Assembly: GCA_964016885.1 (NCBI GenBank)
Contig: OZ024743.1
Location: 292,516,001-292,580,000, forward strand
Source of the DNA: Eledone cirrhosa
Lineage: Eukaryota
DNA length: 64,000 nucleotides
Direction: 5' to 3'
Part shown: positions 55,700 through 64,000 of the stretch, in pieces
Layout of the letters: the number at the start of each line of letters is the position of its first letter
How positions within the stretch are numbered: position 1 is the stretch's first letter
Position numbers and translations under genes: made by a program
Notes under the pieces: model-generated
Seen by the model: the letters and a program-made list of their open reading frames with translations, nothing else
The model's database searches: none
What the model was told of the DNA's origin: nothing

Positions 55700-55773
55700 T
55701 CACAGCACATGTTTCAATAAGAGATAGATCGATTGTGAAGCCATGATCGATTATCACTGATCTCATCAGGTGA
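55700..55773 (-). ncRNA. Candidate (degenerate) hammerhead ribozyme
   Basis: rc: TCAC CTGATGA GAT...ATCGAT...ATCGAT...ATT GAAA CATGTG CT GTGA; the cleavage triplet is non-canonical. Confidence 0.4.
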
Positions 55774-56279
55774 AAATGAATTGTCTTCAAATTCTTGTCA
55801 TGAGAGAGAAAAATAACGGTGTTCTCTCACATAATTCATTCCCTCATATGAAGAGACACCAGTCAGAGACACGGCGAATGCTATTAACTTCAGTTGAGGT
55901 CATAAAAGTTGTCAGATTTCTATTGCTGCAAAAGACGCTGGACATCAATCAGATCTGTAGAAATACAGTCGGTCACAGTTAATGTGAGTGGGTACACACA
56001 CACTCCACAACCACATACACCGGCTCGAGGTCAAAGTAAAAAATATATGCATATATATACACACATCAACACAGTATCAAACCTGTAGAACTATAGAAGG
56101 TCACAGCTAGTGTGGGTGGGTACACACACACTCTCACACACACCGAAGCGATGTCAGAGAAAAAAACAAATATAAGAATGTACCAACACAGTATTCACCG
56201 AAAGTTAGTTCAGAAAATAACAGATGCTACATTGGTCAAATATCAATTTGACGATATAAATTGAAAATATTGGGTTAAC

Positions 56280-57805
56280 CAAACTTACACACGCACCCGT
56301 GCACTTACACACACGCAGACACTCACACATGTTGATAGTTTTTACTTTCTGTGGAACGCTGCACGCACGCATACACACATAAACATACGCGCACGTACAT
56401 ACACACGCACACATGTTAATAGTTATTGCTTTCCTTCCCCTCTTATTTCCACACAGACACATGTCTCTACACTGACACATATACATAGTGTATCCAAAAA
56501 CAGCGTTCACTTGGGCTCTCTTTCCCCTCTCACTCCCTCATTGGCATTATGCATATTAATTTAAGTTTCGCGTCGTTGAGGTGAGCGGAGTCGTTTGAAA
56601 CCTATGGACCAATGATAATTGAGAATTATAACGGAATACTGACATTGTTCAAATTAATATATACTAGCTGACGTACCCAGCTTCGCCCGAATAAACAGAT
56701 GATAAGAAAAGACAGGTAACAGAGAAAATGACTGTATTGGATGTTTGTCTGGTTACAGTATTAGGCGAGTTGTGGTGTATGTGTGATAAAAAACATAAAA
56801 AAAAAATCTTCCAGATATACCAGATTCTTCGTTGTACCGTTTGTGCATAGTATATGAACAATTCTAGGTGCTCCCACCTAGAATAGTGACCTCTAGGAAA
56901 TGGTTTATCTTCTGCTTGACTGAAAACGTGTATCATTGTATAGACGTGATTGTATAGACGTGGTTGTTCCATCACAAAATGATGATGGAAGTTCCAATCT
57001 TTTATAGTATATGTAGATATAGATATAGATAATTAATATAAAAGATGTCCGTCAATGTAAAAAGGTCCCTATTTACTTGAAATGGTTTATACAAATGCCA
57101 AATTAATAATGATATGGATAACATGCTTATCTATAAGTGGTCAGCTATAATAATAAAACAACAAATTGTATGACACAAAATGTATTCAGTAATTTCCAGG
57201 CTCTTAGTCACTGAGTAATAGATAGTCAATGTTGCCCAGAGTTCAACTCAGGGAGGTGGCCTGGTTTGAACTCCAAATGGCGGATCCTTCTACTCCGAAA
57301 ATAGAATCGTTTTTCAATATTACTCTAGCCCTGGCCGGCCATAGGATCCAACCTTTTTGCCAGACTCAGCATATGATGAGCTTTTTATTACCACCGCAAT
57401 CAGAAGCGACGCACGCAAACTTTCACACGCACCCGTGCACTTACACACATGCACACACTCACACATGTTGATAGTTTTTACTTTCTGTGGAACGCTGCAC
57501 GCACACACACATAAACATACGCCCACGTACATACATACGCACACATGTTAATAGTTATTGCATTCTTTCCCCTCTTATTTCCACACACATCACACACATG
57601 TGTCTACATTAACTCATATACATAGTGTATCCAACACAGCGTTCATTTTGTTTCTGTTTCTTACTCTGCCCTCTCACTCCCTCATTGGCATTATGCATAT
57701 TAATTTAAGTTTGGCATCATTGAGGTGGCGGAGTCGTTTGAAACCTATAGACCAATGATAATCGAGAATTATGACACACGAAATATTGACATTGTAGAAA
57801 TTAAT
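56280..57805. repeat. Two diverged direct copies of a ~380-bp repeat (56280-56660 and 57420-57805)
   Basis: Shared CACGCACCCGTGCACTTACAC...CATTGGCATTATGCATATTAATTTAAG...GAAACCTAT.GACCAATGATAAT; both end in TA-rich sequence. Confidence 0.85.
56664..57029 (-). mobile_element. Non-autonomous Helitron
   Basis: Minus strand starts A|TCTATATC and ends with a GC-rich hairpin TTCGGGCGAAGCTGGG followed by CTAG|T; inserted between A and T with no TSD. Confidence 0.7.
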
Positions 57806-57826
57806 ATATATATATATAAATATATG

Positions 57827-57930
<104 letters not shown>

Positions 57931-58466
57931 AGATATATATAATTATATACACAATTATATATATATATATACATACAGATATATATAATTATATACACAT
58001 ATATACATACATATATATATACGCACATACACATATACACAACGCATACATACACACAGAAATAAATATCTATAAATAAAAAAGGTGGGTATGTAAAGGG
58101 TAGGGTAGAAAGTAGGGGGGAATAAGGAAAATAAATAACATAGGAAAAAGTTTCAATATAAGGGGAGATAAGGGAGAAAAAGAATATAATGGTACAGAAA
58201 ATGAGTTCAGAGAGTAATAAAAATCGTAGTGGATGTAAGGCGTAAAGAGCAGAGAAGAAGTTCAAGGTGGTTGAGTCATCGTAGGAATGTCAATCCAGTT
58301 ACCGAGCCGATGTGATTTCAGGTGAGGACAACATCTGAACATCTCGGTCTTGGAGTTCAGGCAAGTTGAAGTGGTTTTCAAGTTTTGTATGTAAAGAGTA
58401 CATACAAATGTAATACCAAATTCATTATATATGAGGCCAAAGTTATGCCTTTGATTAACAACCAGC

Positions 58467-58655
58467 CATGTTGGCATGACTCAGGACAGGTTCAAAACCA
58501 GGTTTTATGCACATGTCGCTTCTTTTAAACACTCTGATAAAAGAACAGCAACGGCTCTCGCAAATAAGGTGTGGGAATTCAAAGATAAAAACATCACGTA
58601 CTCTATCGATTGGTTTATTTTAGACCATTCAAGGGAATACCAAAGGGGCACATGA
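58467..58655 (+). pseudogene. Penelope-like GIY-YIG endonuclease fragment
   Basis: Open frame HVGMTQDRFKTRFYAHVASFKHSDKRTATALANKVWEFKDKNITYSIDWFILDHSREYQRGT matches the YIG.T..FK.R...H..SF...T.L...W..K......W pattern. Confidence 0.8.
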
Positions 58656-59664
58656 TTTTCAGCAAACCGGTGGAGTACTTGGCTTTGATAAGTACCAATC
58701 AGTACGAAATAGAGGTCTGTCAGCTTTAACTCCCCTGTTTGCTGAAAATTTTAAGTAAGTGAGACTGTCACTACTCTAAAACAATAGCGTAAGGTCTTCG
58801 AAATGCTTTTAATTAAGCATACAATGTATTGCAAAATACAAATCTCATGTTGTTTGTTACATAACTAATAACCTCTGTAACCTACAGAGAGCACTCTTTT
58901 TTCCTGGACCTTTCCAACGGAATTACATCATTCACACACATATATATATATAGTATTAAGGATACTATTTATGGTCATGCAAATACAAAAACCTTTTGTA
59001 GTTATATATATTTTTACAAACCCTAAATAGTGGTAGGAAGTAATATATTACTACCTTATTACCAGTAAGTTAAATAGCTCAATGTAATAACATCAGATGT
59101 TTTACAGAGCAGTTATATATAAGTTATGAGAATCAAAGATCTGTTCAAAACATTTTTAAGCTTACAACTGTTTCCTCCAAACAGAGGTTTGGATACTTCG
59201 GAGCAATTTATTAATGAATGAACACTTATATGACATCCTTTTCAACCCAAGAGACATACAGATACATATGCAAACATTGTTGCTTGGTGGGTCGACATCC
59301 ATTACAGCATTTAGTGTGGCAGTATACATTTAGAGATTGCATTCATATTAAAAGAGGATAAAATCAAAAATACAGGTTAAAATACAACATGAAATTAATG
59401 CGATAGGATAGTCATAAGCAGTTATTGGGTGCAATAGTTACACGTGTGGAAAACACGTGCGTCTTGTTTATGTAATGCTATAGTGTGGCAGAATGTTACA
59501 TATATATATATACATTTATTTATATATATATATATATACATTTATTTATATATATATATATATATACATTTATTTATATATATATATATATATATACATT
59601 TATTTATATATATATATATACATTTATTTATATATATATATACATATACTATTTACATATATAT

Positions 59665-60557
59665 ATTGTTATACTTTGGGAGGGTCATGTTGCCAATAAG
59701 AAATACACGCACCAGTTGCTTCACTCCAATTTGTTATGAATTAAATTTATAAATTTAAGAATTTATAAATTTAAAATTTATAAATTTCCGGTTGGTTGGT
59801 TGGTTCCACAACCGGACGTTTGTTCATATATTGTCAAAGTTCTTTCGTCACACATTATGTGACCCCTTCAGTGACTAGGGATTGTTTTCTTTTTTTTGTG
59901 CCTATCCTTTTTTTCTGTCCTACGCCATCTTGTTTTTGTGTGTGTTGTGTGCTTAGTTTGCGCATGTGTTACATCCGGGTGTCTGTGTGTGTTTTTATTT
60001 GTTTATTTAATTGTTTATTTACATGTTACTGGTTGGTTGTTTGTTCTATGTGTGTGGGTGTGTTTACATTTTGTCCTTAATTGTGAGTTGTGATGTTGCT
60101 ATTCCATTCATGTTTTCGATTTAATTTTGGTTGGTGTTTATTTATGTTTATTGCCTCTGTGATTTGTCTAAACATTGCGTCTTTTCTGTGTGCAGATACT
60201 ATTTTTATTTCTATGTTCTCTAATTTGCTCTTATGTTCTATTTTAGCATGTTGGTGGAGTATTGATTATTATTTTTTATCTTGAAGCTCTCGCCAGTCTT
60301 CATATAACCGTTCTCCTATACAACGAGCGTAAGAGGTCACATAATGTGTGACGAAAGAACTTTGACAATATAGGAACAACCGCCGGTTGTGGAACCAACC
60401 AACCAACCGGAAATTTATAAATTTAATTCATAATAAATTGGAGTGAAAGAAACTGGTGCGTGTGTTTCTAATTGGCAACATGACCCTCCGAAAGTATAAC
60501 AATATCGGTTTCAATACACGTTTTCAGATAAAGAATCTTGCTAAACAAATCCAGAAA

Positions 60558-60560
<3 letters not shown>
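59665..60560. mobile_element. Inverted-repeat element (59665-59864 / 60335-60503) with HHR remnant; fragments also at ~42870-42965 and 61787-61818
   Basis: rc of 59833-59875: GTCA CTGAAGG GGTCACAT AAT GTGTGAC GAAA GAAC TT TGAC (one core mutation); flanked by (TA)n. Confidence 0.75.
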
Positions 60561-60644
<84 letters not shown>

Positions 60645-60651
<7 letters not shown>

Positions 60652-61770
60652 AAAATTAAGATAGATTAAAAGAATTCAATCAGAATCGAAATTGTAGGTG
60701 TCATTCCTTAACGGAATGCGCCATATCGCCCGGAAAATAAGCTCTAGGACTTTGTAGGTACGAGCATTTTATAATAACTAGGAATTGATCAACATACATA
60801 TAAATAAATATAAACATGAAAAATCACAGGAGATAATGTTTACAAGCGTGTAACCACGATGTGTAACCACGATGTGTAATATCAACACGTGGTAACGGCC
60901 AGTTTAAGATTTTGACTCGAAGTGTAAACATGGATCGCTTGATATTATTCTTCCTTGTCAATAATCCAATAATATCCACTTTCCGTGACTTACCATCTGA
61001 TTAATTGGTGAAATATATTTCTTTAATGAAATATATACAAGGAAGATTAATCATTAAAAGGTATATATTTTTGAAGTTCTAGTTAACTTTATTTATTTGT
61101 TACCTACTAGCCATGCGTGGTTACACGCTCGTAAAAATTATCTCCTGTGATTGTTCATGTTTATATTTATTTATATATATGTTGATCAATTCCTAGTTAT
61201 TATAAAATGCTCGTACCTACAAAGTCATAGAGCTTATTTTCCGGGCGATATGACGCATTCCGTTAAGGAATGACACCCACAATTTCGATTCTGATTGAAT
61301 TCTTTTAATCTATCTTAATTTTGGATATAGATATATAAATACTGCTCCTTAATTGTAGAGCTAACTCTGATGAAGGGAATTGACTGCTATTTCTAGTTGT
61401 CGAATACCTATTCACGCCACTGAAACGAAGCCGCTGTGATGTGTAATATCAACTCGTGGTAACGGCCAGTTTAAGATTTTGACTCGAAGTGTAAACATGG
61501 ATCGTTGTTATTATTCTTCCTTGTCGATAATCCAATAATATCCACTTTCCGTGTCTTACCATCTGATTAATTGGTGAAATATATTTCTTTAATGAAATAT
61601 ATACAGGGAAGATTAATCATTAAAAGGTATATATTTTTGAAGTTCTAGTTAACTTTATTTATTTGTTACCTACTAGCCATGCGTGGTTACCCGCTTGTAA
61701 AAATTATCTCCTGTGATTTTTCATGTTTATATTTATTTATATATATGTTGATCAATTCCTAGTTATTATA
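60645..61770. mobile_element. Element with inverted arm (60645-60860 / 61115-61330) and 567-bp tandem period; degenerate HHR
   Basis: GATGTGTAATATCAAC at 60871 and 61438; TCTTCCTTG TC(A/G)ATAA...GAAA TATA TA CAAGGAAGA resembles a decayed HHR. Confidence 0.7.
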
Positions 61771-61811
61771 TATATATATATATTATAGGCAACATGACCC
61801 TCCCAAAGTAT

Positions 61812-61888
<77 letters not shown>

Positions 61889-61955
61889 CAAGGTTTAGTA
61901 AATAATGAAAAAGTTTCAAAATAAATTTTAAAAAATTGACTTTCCTACTATAGTT

Positions 61956-62039
61956 ACCTTTACCAATCGGTTTCGAATCCCAAAAATAAAACGGAGACCA
62001 TACGGCCTTCGTTGCAAAGAAAGATTCTCGTCAGAAGGT
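61956..62039 (-). ncRNA. Type I hammerhead ribozyme
   Basis: Reverse complement of the 62416-62499 motif (stem III CCGATTGG). Confidence 0.85.
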
Positions 62040-62415
62040 TCTTTTCATTCAAAGAATATAAAATTCCTGAATTTAAATCACAAACTAGCGCTATCAAAAC
62101 TGTTCCTGGGATGAGAGTGGATGAAGAAACAGGTTTATCAAGGGCCGTAGCAAAGATAGAGGCAAAAGGAGGTAGGTCAAACTAGCCACAGCTATTGCTA
62201 GCAGCAGTCAGAACCACTAACGTTAAGAACAAAATTGGTCGTTCTGACTGCTGCTAGCAATAGCTGTGGCTAGTTTGCCCTACCTCCTTTTGCCTCTATC
62301 TTTGCTACGGCCCTTGATAAACCTGTTTCTTCATCCACTCTCATCCCAGGAACAGTTTTGATAGCGCTAGTTTGTGATTTAAATTCAGGAATTTTATATT
62401 CTTTGAATGAAAAGA

Positions 62416-62499
62416 ACCTTCTGACGAGAATCTTTCTTTGCAACGAAGGCCGTATGGTCTCCGTTTTATTTTTGGGATTCGAAACCGATCGGTAAAGGT
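62416..62499 (+). ncRNA. Type I hammerhead ribozyme with extended stem II
   Basis: ACCTT CTGACGA GAATCT...GGATTC GAAA CCGATCGG TA AAGGT. Confidence 0.88.
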
Positions 62500-62681
62500 A
62501 ACTATAGTAGGTAAAGTCAATTTTTTAAAATTTATTTTGAAACTTTTTCATTATTTGATAAACCTTGTTTATATTTGTTCTGGCTCGTTAATTTATTAAC
62601 CCGCCAGCCATTGAACCGCACTGGCATTTGGTTGGACAATACATGCGTACCTTGGCGCCTTGTGCGTGAAGGAACGTATAT

Positions 62682-62760
<79 letters not shown>

Positions 62761-62913
62761 TATTTTCCGTTGTGTTGTAATAACTAAAAGTTTGTAGATA
62801 GCTGTTTTAGGTTATGTAACTGTTATAGAAACACGTGTCAATAAATTCCTTTCAACTAAACTGTATCCATTCAAATCTTTCTATATATATATATATATAT
62901 ATATACTATATAC

Positions 62914-63250
<337 letters not shown>

Positions 63251-63437
63251 CACATTACAGCGTGGACTGTGTGTTTTTTGTCGTGACACCTACACGATCT
63301 CATTTGTTTCGGCCTGGATGTTGTGGCACCAACATAACTTTACATTGAAAGGGGCGGTGTGGATGGGGTGGGGGTGGTGGGACTGAGGTGTATTTTGTTA
63401 GAGATGCCTACTGACTGTAGTAGGTTTTAATTTGTAT

Positions 63438-64000
63438 TTATGTAAGGCGGGTCTTCTCTATTACTGAGTACCGCCAAAGGTCTCGGTCCAGTGACATTGT
63501 CTTTGTGAGGTATAAGTGTGTGAGGTCGGAATTTATCAGCTCGTCCCAGGTTATTCTGGGTTTGCCTATTCTGTGGCTACCGTCTATCTTTATTGCCCTG
63601 CACTTTGTTATACAGCTATCGTCTTTCATGCGCATCACGTGACCATACCAACGTAGCCTTCTCTCGAGTAAACAACATCTGATCCCCCTTATTTCTAAAT
63701 TTTCCTTAGTTCGTTTATGCTTTTCCGTTCACGTATATTACTATTACACATCCAGCGGAACATGCAAGCTTCGTTTCTCTCTAGTCTGCGTATATCCTCT
63801 GCACACAATGGCCAGGTCTCACTGCCATGCAACATTGCTGTTCGTATGCAGGCATCATACAACCTGCCTTTCATTTTTAGGGAGAACCCTTTAGCGGCTA
63901 ATAGTGGTATAAGCTCTCCGAACTTTTTCCATCCAGTTCTGACTCTAGCTACTGTACTTTCAGAGCAACCACCCCCACTGCTGATCACCTATAGCAGCTG
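63438..64000 (-). pseudogene. RTE-clade LINE RT 3' region (continues beyond window)
   Basis: ISSGGGCSESTVARVRTGWKKFGEL...KGRLYDACIRTAMLHGSETW...RLRWYGHVMRM...GKPRITW. Confidence 0.85.

Larger units (their letters stand above)
61885..62660. mobile_element. Fold-back element (~330-bp arms) with an intact HHR in each arm, plus tail
   Basis: 61885-62214 is the near-perfect reverse complement of 62241-62571; the tail 62572-62660 matches the 39531 unit. Confidence 0.9.

Noticed and set aside
56538-56615. CATTG...GAAACCTATGGAC-CAATG as a hammerhead
   Set aside because: No recognisable CTGANGA box in either copy of the repeat.
58653-58655. TGA in the GIY-YIG fragment as a possible selenocysteine codon
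   Set aside because: It coincides with the junction to an inverted repeat, no CxxC continuation follows, and no SECIS could be identified.

Overview
AT-rich eukaryotic, almost certainly animal, non-coding DNA dense in (TA)n, (CA)n and (GA)n microsatellites. The SINE repertoire and repeat landscape suggest a coleoid cephalopod such as Octopus; this is an inference from recalled repeat sequences, not a database result. No host protein-coding exon could be supported, and nearly all listed ORFs are microsatellite artefacts. Recognisable mobile DNA: a near full-length but frameshifted RTE/BovB-type LINE (~32.17-36.04 kb), a non-coding LTR element (1-2120), fragments of R4/Dong, CR1-like, RTE and Penelope-like (PLE) retroelements, several tRNA-derived SINEs, a non-autonomous Helitron and two G-rich minisatellites. 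The main signal is an unusually dense set of type I hammerhead ribozymes (HHRs), identified by eye: about 16 with intact or near-intact cores and about 10 degenerate ones, from at least 8 sequence families. They lie in short non-coding units (~170-640 bp) mostly embedded in (TA)n tracts, as partial tandem repeats and/or fold-back inverted repeats. This fits a diverse community of retrozyme-like, non-autonomous Penelope-derived elements. Coordinates were counted by hand and may be off by a few bases.
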